A DNA stretch of 37,584 bases from Octopus bimaculoides (GCF_001194135.2 NC_068992.1:5517313-5554896), one strand, 5' to 3'; positions 1 to 12,877 are shown, numbered from the stretch's first letter. The notes: generated from the sequence alone by a model not told the origin. Numbers and translations: made by a program.

Positions 1-210
1 AGAGAGTGAGAGAGAGTAAGAGAGAGGAGAGAAAGAGTAGGGGTGAAGAGAAGTGGGAGTGGAGAGAAGTATGAAGAGAGGTGAAGAGACGTACAAAGAA
101 GTAGGAGTCGGAGCAGGAGGTGGGGAGGGGAGAGATGGGTGGTAGGAGGGAGGGTGGGGGAGAGAGACAGGAGGAGGGGGTTAGATGAAGAGTGGAGGGG
201 AGTTGAGCCC
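1..210 (+). repeat. Polypurine (GA/GGA-rich) low-complexity tract
   Basis: Almost entirely A/G with some T, containing several G-runs. Confidence 0.9.
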
Positions 211-229
211 ATGTGGCGCAAAGGAGCGA

Positions 230-260
<31 letters not shown>

Positions 261-1989
261 CATACATTTATATTATATATTTATGATATGCGTGTGTGTA
301 TATATGTGAGTATATCCATTCACACAGACAAATATGTGAGCTTGTGTGTATATATTCATGGGACTATATATAAACTCGCGCTTGTTTCAATATTTATATG
401 AGTACGGTTACGTATGTCTAAATGTTAAATAGAATAAAGAGCAAAGTGTAAAAATGTACGAATTGACAAACATAGCTAATTGAATTTGTTACAACATTAC
501 TCCTGAATAGAATCAGATGAAAGGAAGAGAATTTATTGAAATATAAATGTGAGGAGACCATAAGCACCAGTAAAATTTACAGTGGAGAATATAAGGAAGG
601 AATGCTTTCTTTAATAATGTAATGGAAAATTAAATTTTAGTAAATTGAATAGTTTTTTTAAAAAATTGCTATTGAATAATGAAGCATAGAATGTGAATGC
701 GTAACCTATGCCATGTTATCTATATGCAAGGATGATGTAAGCTATAAAGTATTTAGTTATGTATTTTCATGAAATTAACTTTGATACATCGTTTGTTGAT
801 TTACACATTGATCGTTTAGGATAGGATTTAACTCCTCCTTCTGACTCACCTATGGAAGTTGCTACGATTTTAAATAAAATGTGTATATATATTTATATTA
901 AGTAATCAACTTATGTCTGTGATGTGCCAAAAAGAAACATGTCTCTCGTATTGCACAAAATTTCCTGATAAATAAATGCGTATTGCAGTTTGCATGTACT
1001 CATATGAATTCAGATTTAATTTAGTTCAAATAAATGAGAAGCATATAACTTTCCTCCATCTTGGATTTCAATATAAGAATATAAAGTTATATTTGCAAAG
1101 AGCAGCATGACTGAAAGCAGCTCTTCACTCACGTGACACTCCATAACTAATATCACCTTTTTACGCTTTATGAAGTTATATAACACACGTGCAGAAACAC
1201 ACACACGCGCATGCGTGTATGCATCTGGCTCGAGCACGCTCTCTCTCTCCACACAGCCACATACACACGCAGACTCATTCACATATACGCATATGTGTGT
1301 TTGTGTGTGTATGTATACATCGCTAAACTGTGGATTTTGTGGTTGTGACCGACATATTCAAACGAGTATTGCCTTATCACATTTTTTGACTAGTATTATT
1401 ACAAAGCATTTCTCTTTTGTCCCGAAATGTGAAAGCAGTACATCATGCTGCATATGCGAGAGCAACCAAAAACAATCGAATTCCTTGATGCAGCAGAGTA
1501 GCACCAACATAATTCTGGCAAAGGTGTGACAGAGTCGCTCAATATATACACCTGTCTATAGTCCGCACACAGAAAAAAATTAAAAAAATTAAAAAAACAT
1601 TCGTAGAAACACAAGCCACCTCAGCTTGCCCAGAATGCAGAGGTTACCATCTTTTAGAATTTCAATGTTCTGAATGTTCGGGATACGAATGCAACCTGAC
1701 TTGATCCCATTTGCAAAAAAAGAAAAATTTTATGGATAAGTTTTCCTTTCTGGTTGATGTTGCAGCACCGGTGATAAAAACACGTTTCTGAAAACACGAG
1801 CTGAAATATGTCACTGAAGATGATGATTAAACGAATGTATGCAAATTTTGCTCAATGGCTTACATTATTCTCAATTAAAGTATTACACATATCGCTCGTT
1901 AATATTATGAAATACTTGAATGTGGAGTGTATATCAACGAAACTCAGTAATATCGGAACGTAGCAGGAATGACGTAGTGATTTACCATT

Positions 1990-2241
1990 TATCTTTTATC
2001 GTTTGCTTGTCTCAGTCATTAAACTCTGGCCATGCAGAAGCACCGCCTTGAAGAATTTCTAGTCGAAGGTATCGACACCAGTAATTATTTTTTATACACC
2101 TGCTACTTATCCTATCGGTTTTTTGCCAAACCGCTAAGTTACGGTCGCGTAAACACACAAGCACCAGTTGCCAAACGGTGGATGATAGACGAATATAAAC
2201 ACAAAAAGGAACATACGCATATATATATATATATATATATT
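1990..2241 (-). mobile_element. tRNA-derived SINE family 1, 3' half
   Basis: The reverse complement aligns with the 3' half of the copy at 13390-13781 (GCTCCAGCATGGCC...ATGACTGAAACAAG-type tail; CCGCTAAGTTACG core). It ends at a (TA)n tract. Confidence 0.75.
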
Positions 2242-4107
2242 GCAATAAAAACTAAGGTAGCATGCATGTTAATATTCTCAAGTTATGTCATCTAGAAAAG
2301 TAGTGAACCATATTTCTATAGTAGCAATTGCCTAATTCGTCACCTCTAAAGGAAACTAAAAAGTACTTGAAATTATAATTGTACTGTACTTCAAATATTG
2401 CAGTCCAGTATAACAGTTTTTGAATATACTATATTTTATTAAAACAAAAATTATAAACACATTATTGGGTTTTTTCCAAAAATAAGACCATCCGATTTTA
2501 AGATTATGGACTTTTATTCAGAAACTCTTTACATGTATAGCTCCAGTAATGTTTTTTTTATATTTTCAGTAAAAAACAGAATACTTAAGCAAATCCATTT
2601 AAGTCAGTATTTAATCTCATGGACTTACTTTTGGAGAAGCAGTAATTTCAGAATGAAATAAAATGAGATTAATTTAAAAAATATACAGTAGAATTCGCCT
2701 AATTAATCATCCCTAGGAGAAATTGTATGTGACGAATAACGAATTAACCGGAGATAAATAATACTAATTCTACTTTATTAATGAATTTTACGTATGACTT
2801 ATTTGTCAGATTACTTTTTTTTAATGAGGAAGAATTGACTGAGCATATGGTTGATTTGAAATGATTTAATGACCATTCTACTGCAAACAATGGTATTTAT
2901 TTTTTGTCATGGGATTTCAATTCAAGTGAAAAAAATCTTGTGCAATATTATTTACAACTTCATATTTTATTGTTTGCACCTGATACAACTAAATAAAATG
3001 AATATTTTATTGTATATTTCAAACGCCATGATGTTAATTAAGTTTTTGTTTAAATTTGTTTTTGATTATTTTTGTACCATGTTTTTAAAGATTTGTTTGT
3101 TTTTAGATTCTCATAACAAATTTTATTCCGAGCTGATTCCTCATTCATGACTTTTGAATTTTAAACTGNNNNNNNNNNACACAATGTTTACCATTATGTA
3201 TATATTCAGAAAACCCAATTGGGAAATAATCTATTTACATATCGAATGACGTCGTTAGTGCATTATATCCACATATAATGCAATGTATAAAATTCATATC
3301 AAATTACATATTCTCAATTCTTCAAAGTAATAGCCCGATGGAGAAAATGTTTATTTAAGAGATGTACAGATACCGAAAGATATCTCGTGCGTTCAACTTT
3401 TGTACTTTACACAATGTTTACCATTATGTATATATTCAGAATTCAGCGTCTCTTATTTCGCTCAGTTGAAATCTTTGATTTTCTTATTCTTTTTTTGACG
3501 ATGGATTTTCTCCTAATTAGATAATGAATATGAAATAAGTAAAATGAGTCCCTTTGTATTACGTATTATTGGTCACAATTAAATCTATATTTTTGCAAGG
3601 AAGTATTCCAAGGTAATTTCTGTAATACCAATAAAGAAATACATATTCACCGAATATCTCTCTATTAAAAAGATGAACATAACATTTTTAAGTTCTCTGA
3701 TCTATTTGGTAAACGACATAGTTGGATGTTAAAAAAAGAATGCACTTCCATAAAACGTTGTGTGTATGCTCTTATGTATTTCTGATTCTTGTTGTGTATT
3801 TCTGAACTTCAGTTCGTCCACGTGTGCGTGTGGACATGTGTGTATAGATTTCGATTTCAATGATTACAGTTGTGATATTTTTTTGGTTTCCTGTATTGGT
3901 TTGTGTGGATAAATACCAGTTTTGCGAATATACATCGCTTTGTTTAATTTAAGTTATTTGTTTTTTTATGCTTTAGCGCATATTTTTTTTTCACGGATAT
4001 GTTTGATACTTTGAGAAAATATTTGTATCTTTCATTTCTATGTTTCAAGTATGGTTTTATTTTATTATATCTGACTGTCCACGCACGATTTCGTGTTTAT
4101 TTCGCAG

Positions 4108-4239
4108 TGTGATTGAATATATACTAGCATCTTCTTGCGGTTTACGAGCTTGGGATATATGTCATATCAGAACGGCGGTAATCTTCTACGATGTTACAAG
4201 TCGCATTGTAGAACAAAGAGATAAGATGTCGTTACAGAG
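4108..4239 (+). CDS. Candidate isolated exon, unknown product (could be UTR or spurious)
   Basis: Acceptor TTATTTCGCAG| and donor GAG|GTGAGC enclose 132 nt, open in one frame (VIEYILASSCGLRAWDICHIRTAVIFYDVTSRIVEQRDKMSLQ). No family recognised. Confidence 0.25.
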
Positions 4240-4544
4240 GTGAGCCCACAGAAAAATACAATTTTATTAATCAAGAATCTAACGGATGTAATTCGTTACA
4301 TCAGACGAAATTTATTTCAGAATTAGTTTGAAGCAAGTCATATAAAAATGTACCTGTCTATGAGAAATAAAAAAAAATTAAACAGTTATCATATTAAAAA
4401 GAAAAAGAGAAAACCAATCATGTGCGAAAATGTGAAGTAATTTAGAGATTAAAAATCATTATATATTAGACGTTACATTTCGTGTCAGTAGATTGGAGAG
4501 CTTATTTGAAAAAAATCAGTACCTTATTAATACGCACGAGAACA

Positions 4545-4548
4545 CACG

Positions 4549-4643
<95 letters not shown>

Positions 4644-4710
4644 ACACACACACACACACGCACACACACACACACACACACAAACACGCACACAAACGCG
4701 CACACACACA
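4545..4710. repeat. (CA)n microsatellite
   Basis: Direct inspection. Confidence 0.97.
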
Positions 4711-5752
4711 TATTTCTATAATTATAATTTCTTATATCTTAAACATATAACGTATGTCTAAAGCATTGGAAAATAGATGTTAAAATAAATTAAATAGTAG
4801 CTGTGGCAGAGTGACAGATTTGATGATATCTTTGCATCATGAATAGCAAAGTTGATTAGGATCTATAGTCAATTTATGTTTAGACGTATGCAATGACTCC
4901 ACAGCATAAAATATTGACGCTAGCGTACAAACATTGAAGTAATTAATGTATTATTCTTTTTCTCACTCAAAATGTGTATTTCTTTTCTATTTTCTGTTTA
5001 GTGATTAATCATTCAATATGCTTATCCACTCATTGCCAACCCCATTACTCATTCAATGACATTCATGTAACTTCCAGGATTTATATATACACATTTATAT
5101 ATTTTTCTTTGCTGTTCTTAAACTTCTTAATTTTTTTTTTCTTTTTCTATCATAATCTGATTTCAAAGAAAATCACTTGTGTAGTCTTATGTTGTTTCTC
5201 TGATGGAAGATTTCTTGCTTTATAACATACTAAGTATTTTTATTACATTCTCTGACATCGTCAGTCCGTATCATATATGTGCCACACATACAATTATGTT
5301 TATAACAAGGACGCAGATATTTCCGGCAAGACTATTGGGTGAATTAGTGATCAAAGATAGAATCATATAGAATACTCAGAATTTATATTAGAAGAAATAA
5401 GGAACAACAACCTTATTAAATGAAAGAAAATGTTATGATATATGCATGGCGTATAATAAAATGTTTGCACTGGACGTGGGTTACAGACATACAACACGAA
5501 CAGCATTTGTTGCTACATACGAGAACTGAATGTAAGTGATTGAGCTGGTATATGATACAATGTCTGAAATTGAATATAAGTAATGAATGAATATATGTGC
5601 ATCATATCTCTGTGACTGGGAATACAAGAGTTTACTGAGGGTGTCGGGGGAGACAGCTCACTCTTGCATATGGAAATATGAGGATTTTTGTGAGTTTATA
5701 TTAACCCGACACTTCTTAATTTTTTTTTACGCCACCTTTGTCTTTATATATA

Positions 5753-5756
5753 CATA

Positions 5757-5836
<80 letters not shown>
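5753..5836. repeat. (CA)n microsatellite
   Basis: Direct inspection. Confidence 0.97.
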
Positions 5837-5838
<2 letters not shown>

Positions 5839-5884
5839 AATATACTCTCAAACATACACCATACTTTACGGCTCTTGTATCCGT

Positions 5885-6320
5885 TGTTCTAGAAAAAGTG
5901 TTACCACTGGTGAGAATTTTCTTCAATGACTTAGGCTGTTTGTTGCTGTTAATGATTTTATGGTTACGTAGAATCTCCTTACGTTTGGGGTCCGTATGGA
6001 GTACTGGAATAATTTGGATGATGATATTGAATGCTTCTTTGTTTCTGGGGTTGTAAGTGGAGATATGAGGTAGTGTTTTGTGGGTAGATGTGTTGCTGTG
6101 TTTGGCTTTTCTTATTGCTTTTAATATTAATCGATTTAACACGTTTAATTCGTTTATTTATGAGTTGAGTTGGTTAGTGCCTGACATGGAGCACATTTTT
6201 AAGCTCTTGCAATCTTACATCTCTGGTAATTTCTCGGATAATATGGTGCAAATCCTTCTTGCAAGATTGAATGGGATATTTGTTTTGATATGACTCGGGT
6301 GACATAAGCTAAATAATAGA
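5885..6320 (-). mobile_element. Penelope-like retroelement, decayed ORF fragment (RT thumb / linker region)
   Basis: Minus-strand translation, with two frameshifts and a stop, reads LLFSLCHPSHIKTNIPFNLARRICTI...RLQELKNVL...KTLPHISTYNPRNKEAFNII...KIINSNKQPKSLKKILTS. The CHP.HIK.NIP..LARRI..I and KQPKSLKKIL motifs are typical of Penelope-like element ORFs. Confidence 0.8.
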
Positions 6321-6440
6321 ATAATACTGAATAACGAAGCCTCATTTATCCAAAAATTTAAACCAGAATTAAATATGAACCCATATTAAAATTAAACGAC
6401 TTACCCCTCTGATGGAAGATGTAATCCAGAATAAAGCAGA
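6321..6440 (+). mobile_element. Penelope-like element 3' end (GIY-YIG C-terminal tip plus start of pseudo-LTR), inverted relative to 5885-6320
   Basis: Plus strand 6327-6389 reads LNNEASFIQKFKPELNMNPY*, resembling the E..FI....P.LN end of PLE GIY-YIG domains. It is followed by CCCCTCTGATGGAAGATGTAATCCAGAA. Confidence 0.6.
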
Positions 6441-6520
6441 GAACAAAAAACAAAAATGAAAATTACAGATTTACCTCCCCTCTACTGCAAAATAAATGAG
6501 AGGACAATTATCTCCCTTGG

Positions 6521-6935
6521 CAAGGGGTTAGAATCGGGGGATTCATGTGGTCAGATTTTTGGGGTGATGTGTTCACAGAAATTATCTGACCGCCATGACT
6601 GACTTCACCTGCTTCTGTCGTATAGTGCAGTCATATTACCGAATAGATAGGTATTTCCAGCAGCCACCCTCTTCGCCCAAAGTAGCACTACATCCTCCAA
6701 GCACTTGATGTAGGCCTCAGCGATAAGTGTCAGGCCGTGTGGGAAGATGAATAGAGGCACGACGTCGCCATCAGTAGTGATCACTCTAAACACCATAATG
6801 TTGACTGGAGTTTTGAGTTTTATCACTCTCGTTACATATTTTGTGGCTACGGCAAGTGAACGGCTTAGCTGTGTGTTCACCATTTGTTCGTATCATGACT
6901 TCCCGTGCGAATGCGAAGCAATACAGCATGACGTT
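6521..6935 (-). mobile_element. Tc1/mariner (maT/DD37D-like) transposase pseudogene fragment
   Basis: Minus strand reads QMVNTQ...KTPVNIMVFRVITTDGDVVPLFIFPHGL...EAYIKCLEDVVLLWAKRVAAG, then after a frameshift QSWRSDNFCEHITPKI*PHESPDSNPL (degenerate WPPNSPDxNPL). It has stops and frameshifts, and no TIRs were found. Confidence 0.85.
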
Positions 6936-7087
6936 TCAAAATACCTGACAGGGTGAATTGCACTATTGTGGTGCTTTTGTCATAGACGATGCTCAACCGA
7001 CCTTGCTATGCCGACTGTGTAGTCAACAAATTCACAAAGAGGTACATTGAAAGTATAAAACTGCGACAATTTACACATCGCAGCCTG

Positions 7088-7158
7088 TATACATACATAC
7101 ACACACACATACACATACATACGCACACATATGTATATGCACACACACACACACACAC

Positions 7159-7196
<38 letters not shown>

Positions 7197-8050
7197 NNNN
7201 NNNNNNNNNNNNNNNNNNNNNNNNNNNNNNNNNNNNNNNNNNNNNNNNNNNNNNNNNNNNNNNNNNNNNNNNNNNNNNNNNNNNNNNNNNNNNNNNNNNN
7301 NNNNNNNNNNNNNNNNNNNNNNNNNNNNNNNNNNNNNNNNNNNNNNNNNNNNNNNNNNNNNNNNNNNNNNNNNNNNNNNNNNNNNNNNNNNNNNNNNNNN
7401 NNNNNNNNNNNNNNNNNNNNNNNNNNNNNNNNNNNNNNNNNNNNNNNNNNNNNNNNNNNNNNNNNNNNNNNNNNNNNNNNNNNNNNNNNNNNNNNNNNNN
7501 NNNNNNNNNNNNNNNNNNNNNNNNNNNNNNNNNNNNNNNNNNNNNNNNNNNNNNNNNNNNNNNNNNNNNNNNNNNNNNNNNNNNNNNNNNNNNNNNNNNN
7601 NNNNNNNNNNNNNNNNNNNNNNNNNNNNNNNNNNNNNNNNNNNNNNNNNNNNNNNNNNNNNNNNNNNNNNNNNNNNNNNNNNNNNNNNNNNNNNNNNNNN
7701 NNNNNNNNNNNNNNNNNNNNNNNNNNNNNNNNNNNNNNNNNNNNNNNNNNNNNNNNNNNNNNNNNNNNNNNNNNNNNNNNNNNNNNNNNNNNNNNNNNNN
7801 NNNNNNNNNNNNNNNNNNNNNNNNNNNNNNNNNNNNNNNNNNNNNNNNNNTATATATATATATATAATTATATATATATATATACACACATACGTACATA
7901 CATATCTAATACATTATATTATATATATTACATATACAATGAGGCATACATAAATACACAGACACACACACACTCATTCACAACGCACATACACACATAC
8001 ATATATAGATATTTATACAGATATAGGTATAATGTATGTATACATACAAG
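7088..8050. repeat. (CA)n/(TA)n mosaic spanning N-gap 7197-7850
   Basis: Direct inspection. Confidence 0.9.
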
Positions 8051-8559
8051 TTTTATTTGATCTCTTTGAGATTGCCAATCTCTGAAAGAAAGCACATCTA
8101 TTTGTCAGATAATCTCTTCTATGATTTATGTTTATCCAAAGTAGAACAAACAGCATGAATACTTCTTTAATATATCATATAGGAAAAATATAAAATATTA
8201 GCAAGCATTATCAAGGGGGATAAATTGAACTTATGGTCACTACGAACTTCGAAATTGCTACAGGTTCTCATTAACATGTGTTAATATACAGCAGTTGCCA
8301 CCGTGATATTTCGTTTTCATAGTGTAAGAGCTTAAGAAACGGTTCACTTCAGTACCAAGAAAGAAAAAAATAATACTGTTAAAAAGTGAAAGAATAGACT
8401 TTGAATATAGACAGGATTCCTGAAGCAAAATTGAGATATTTTCGTAATGAAAATGTTAAAACCATTCGGCATGATTATCGTTGAAATCCTCACCAGGACA
8501 GAGAGGGTGGGGGTCATCATGCCCATACTAGTAAGCCTAGACTTACTCCTTCTGCACCT

Positions 8560-8732
8560 CCTCCACCTCCTCCTCCTCCTCCTCCTCCTCCTCNNNNNNN
8601 NNNNNNNNNNNNNNNNNNNNNNNNNNNNNNNNNNNNNNNNNNNNNNNNNNNNNNNNNNNNNNNNNNNNNNNNNNNNNNNNNNNNNNNNNNNNNNNNNNNN
8701 NNNNNNNNNNNNNNNNNNNNNNNNNNNNNNTC

Positions 8733-8766
<34 letters not shown>

Positions 8767-8793
8767 AACAGCTTCTACTACTACTACTACAAC

Positions 8794-8836
<43 letters not shown>
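8560..8836. repeat. (CCT)n, N-gap 8594-8730, (ACT)n, (AAT)n compound microsatellite
   Basis: Direct inspection. Confidence 0.95.
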
Positions 8837-9330
8837 TGCGCCGAAACTGTACAAGCGTAGACAAGGCAAGGTAGCCGTAGACCTTCTCTAGGTACTCTGC
8901 TTTATGTATGGATATGAGTTTACGGGTGTTTGGTACCGACATACACCGTAAAAGGTACTGGGAAGGCAAAAGTCCCCAGGGATTTTGAATTCTAGAGAGT
9001 CAAGGGGTTAGAGCACCGAAGGCTGGATATAGTAACATTTAGTAGGGACGAACAGGAGCGTCTAATTATTGAAGTAGCAGTCCACCAATTGGACTGCCAG
9101 GCCACAAAAATCTGGAAATCATCCATGATATTTTCCGACTGGAAAGTCCTCCAGAACAGATTAGCCAGTTTGTTCTCGTCGGCTCCCAGAGTTTCCCCGA
9201 TAATGTCGTCGTAATTCCGCGCCATTAATCATCTATACATTTCTAAAGCGGAACGTCCACTGATCCCTTGGTAGGGGTTGTGAGCGCCTGACGAAGAAGA
9301 AGAAATTTACGATAATAGCAATAATAATAA
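8837..9330 (+). mobile_element. Old R4/Dong-like non-LTR retrotransposon 3' fragment (restriction-like endonuclease region), internally rearranged
   Basis: From 8850 it reads YKRRQGKVAVDLL*VLCFMYGYEFTGVWYRHTP*KVL..., then DFEF...LEHRRLDIVTFSRDEQERLIIEVAV (a decayed RPD...D/E nuclease motif). It lies directly after (AAT)n and ends in a short AAT-rich tail. Confidence 0.75.
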
Positions 9331-9835
9331 GAAACATTCCCAACTGTACTATTAGCACTATGCCTGAGGCCGTTGCAGCCATCTCAACATTATATATATA
9401 TATATATATATCAAGAATATTACTATCAAGAATATTACTGAAATAACTGACCTCCGGAATTGGAAGTCAACATATCTGAACCACGATAATTGCAGTGAGA
9501 CTTTGGTAATTACCAGTGATTTGTTGTTGAAAGTTGGAGTTGAAATGATAGATCAAATATGGAGTAAAATTAGTGAATACGTATCGGTTAGCAAAAGACA
9601 ATTTTATTCTTTCTATCGTATTACCTCATTGTTTACTTTCGCTTTCACTTCCAAATTGACGCAATTTACAGGTATTAAGAGAAGAGAGGGGAAATTTGTA
9701 GAAAAGAACAAAAGAAAAAAGAAAACCTTTGTGTACTGCGTATATTTTAACTGTTATTGATCTTCTATTTTTCATCTACGTCTCTGCATTTACTGTTTTC
9801 GTTAACAATGTATCCTCTTTTCTGACGCTCATTTT

Positions 9836-10066
9836 ATATACACACACACACACACACACAAGCACATATACATATACCTATATATACATACATATATATA
9901 TATATATATATATGCATTCATAGACACACATACATACACATACACCCACCCACAGACACACAGACACACACACATGTATATATATATATATATATACATA
10001 TATACATATGCATATATATATATACATATATTTACACACACACATACATATACATATACATATGAG

Positions 10067-10149
<83 letters not shown>

Positions 10150-10267
10150 TGTAGTGATACATGCATACAGAACATGTGTGTGTATAAATATGCACATATG
10201 CATAGATGTATATGTATGTGTGCGAGTGTTTATCTTTGTATGTATATATGGTTGTATATATATATAT
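9836..10267. repeat. (CA)n/(TA)n/(TATG)n mosaic
   Basis: Direct inspection. Confidence 0.93.
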
Positions 10268-10744
10268 GAAACACGGGGTGGCCTCCTAGTTTTCAAATGT
10301 CAAAGGTTTGCTCTCTATTTTCGCACCGCTCAAGTTGAATACACTGTGTAGAACCATTTTGTCAAAACTCAAAGCTGTTCGTACATTTTTCAGACGATTA
10401 AAGAAAGATTGTTTGGAAAATTTGATTGATGTTACGTTACTGATCAGCAAACTTTAGTCTTTTACGTTGCGAAACTGTTTTTGTATATATTTGTTATGAT
10501 ACAAGAAAAAAGAACTTACATTCAATTATTTACTGAATAAGCTCTTATTTGAAACTTGAAACAAGTATTTTCAGTAAACTTGTGTTTACTTCAATATAGC
10601 TTTTACACTCAATGAGATGCATTTTCATGCATAGATACAAGAATATAAAAGCATATAACTATTTATATATATCTATGTATTTGCGCGTAATCTCCCCCCC
10701 CACTCTTTATCTCCCTCTCTCTTTCTCTTTACGTATATTAGCAG

Positions 10745-11150
10745 CAGGCGCAACTCTATGGCATGAAAATTACTTCTAGACCACACAGTTTGCGGTTAAC
10801 GGCCAAAGCGTGGCCCATTGGACAGTGTCTTTTACTATAGCCTCGGTCCCACTAAAATATTCAGAGTGGATATGATATATGGATTCCAGAAGCTCGTCTG
10901 TAGAATGTGCGTTGTGTGTGTGTTTGTGTGTGATGGGAGTGATGGACGTGTGTGTGTGTCTGTGTGCTTCCGCTACTGGATCTGAGTTTGTGTTCCACTG
11001 CTTCTTAAAAACGAAGACGGCGTGTACATGCCCCAGTAACTTCGAAAACACTAGTACTAAAGTCGATTCGTTTGGATAAAAATTTCTACAACACTGTACC
11101 CCAGCACGGCTGACGTTGAATGACTGGAACAAATAAAAGAAAGACGATAA
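10745..11150 (+). mobile_element. tRNA-derived SINE family 1, diverged near full-length copy
   Basis: Contains GTGTCTTTTACTATAGCCTCGG (shared with 32286-32306), a central TG-rich tract, and the tail GAATGACTGGAACAAATAAAAG (shared with the 13750-13780 region). Confidence 0.7.
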
Positions 11151-11707
11151 ATGATATACATGCATAGATACAACATACATATACATAAATACATATCCAT
11201 ACATACATACACGAAGGTAATACAAGAACGTGGGATGCTAGAGTCGTGAAAGTTTGCATACACTAATTTCCACCCTTGTTATTCACAACTGCATTCTTTT
11301 CGGGTAAACTGGCATAAAAGTGCGCAAAGTAGATATCAAACCTACCTAATGACGCGAATGGACATAATTTGACATTATGTTGTTATTAACTTCTTGGAGT
11401 AAAAAAGCTTTAGTCCCAAATGCATTCATGCTGATGTGGTTGCTACATCTAGGGGATGAAGCACTTGGTTTATGGAAGGGGGAAAAGCGGGAAGCTGTAT
11501 TTAGGATAGGAAGGAAGCCACAACTGAAGACAATATTGATGATGTTCACAACATGGTGAGATAAGAGGTGTTTGAACGATAACTTAAACAGCCAAGAAGA
11601 AAAAGATGACGACGGAGTAGAAGAGGAGAAAAAGAAGAAGTAGGAGGAGGAGGAGGACAGCAACTATAAGACGTACACTTCGAGAGAGTATCCACAGACT
11701 GCATGCC

Positions 11708-11708
<1 letters not shown>

Positions 11709-11746
<38 letters not shown>

Positions 11747-11755
11747 TGTGTGTGT

Positions 11756-11785
<30 letters not shown>
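11709..11785. repeat. (TG)n/(TA)n microsatellite
   Basis: Direct inspection. Confidence 0.95.
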
Positions 11786-11786
<1 letters not shown>

Positions 11787-12109
11787 CCGACTGCTATTAG
11801 GCTGTGAGTAATGTGTCAGTGACCATTTTTAAATAGGCCAATAGTAAAATACATCTTCGACAGACGCAGGTACATCAACAGGTGTTTGTTTTTGATGTAC
11901 ACCCATATCACTGCTTGTGTGTGTATGACTGCAATTTGTGCGCGTATGCGCCTTTTTCATATTGAAAAAATATCCTATTCTCAAGAAAAATATTTACTGT
12001 CATATTTCTCTGCAGACATAATTGAATCATTCATATTTAAGAGAATCTGATTTTCCCCTCTTAATGTAAGTATTGAGCATTCAAAAAAGTGAACACAAAA
12101 ATTTTATGC

Positions 12110-12303
12110 ACACACAAACATGGAGACACACATGCACGCACACGCACACGCACATAGACATATACACACACACACATATATATATATGTGTGTGTGTGTG
12201 TATGTGTGTGTGTGTGTGTGTGTTATAAACAGAGAGAGAAAAATAAATGCATACATGTATGTGCATTCATACAGATATGTATACACACACACATGGACAC
12301 ACA

Positions 12304-12363
<60 letters not shown>

Positions 12364-12376
12364 NNNNNNNNNNNNN

Positions 12377-12419
<43 letters not shown>
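12110..12419. repeat. (CA)n/(TG)n/(TA)n mosaic with N-gap 12364-12376
   Basis: Direct inspection. Confidence 0.93.
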
Positions 12420-12420
<1 letters not shown>

Positions 12421-12859
12421 TTACATGCACGTAAGCATTTTATATTTGTATACACATGTGGCTATCAGAAATTTGAGATATTTTCTGTCATTAGACTGAA
12501 TGGTTTAGAAATGTAACCACTTCAAATTTGAGTTATGCCAAATAAAGAACCTATTTTCAAAAGATGATTATGGTTTTGTTTTTTTATTTCTATATGTATT
12601 TTCTATTTCGCCTTTGATTATTTTTTCTTCACGAGAAACATATGTATATTATTTTTAAATAAGCATCATTATATTTTCTGCCAGCGACTGCAAAACAGAG
12701 AATATTCCATAGCAGGAACATTCAGCTTCATTTAATGGAAAATATATACTTTTCGATTTTGTCTGCTTTGTGGTATTTTTCGTTTTCTGCTTATATTGTT
12801 GTCTCATAAAGTGAATCATTTTATAAGGAATATGATTGTTGCTACTACTCTTAATACAT

Positions 12860-12877
12860 TAATACTATTATTATTAT

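Noticed and set aside
1745-1787. Minus-strand peptide KRVFITGAAT resembling an SDR Rossmann motif after a TTTTCAG acceptor
   Set aside because: The required GxG does not follow (it continues STRKENLS), and nothing downstream resembles an SDR; probably chance.
4482-4750. Poly-HT / poly-CV 'proteins', and poly-I/L/N/Y ORFs elsewhere
   Set aside because: Translations of (CA)n, (TG)n and (AAT)n microsatellites.
5198-6420. 14-mer CTCTGATGGAAGAT at 5198-5211 and 6407-6420 as a possible second pseudo-LTR
   Set aside because: Similarity does not extend on either side, and chance 14-mer matches are plausible in a window of this size.
6989-8060. ORFs of 270-340 aa here, and similar ones at 19516-20472 and 31234-32285
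   Set aside because: Mostly X residues from N-gaps plus dinucleotide-derived HT/YI/CV runs; artefacts.
9410-9439. 15-bp tandem duplication ATCAAGAATATTACT x2
   Set aside because: An ordinary slippage duplication next to a (TA)n tract.
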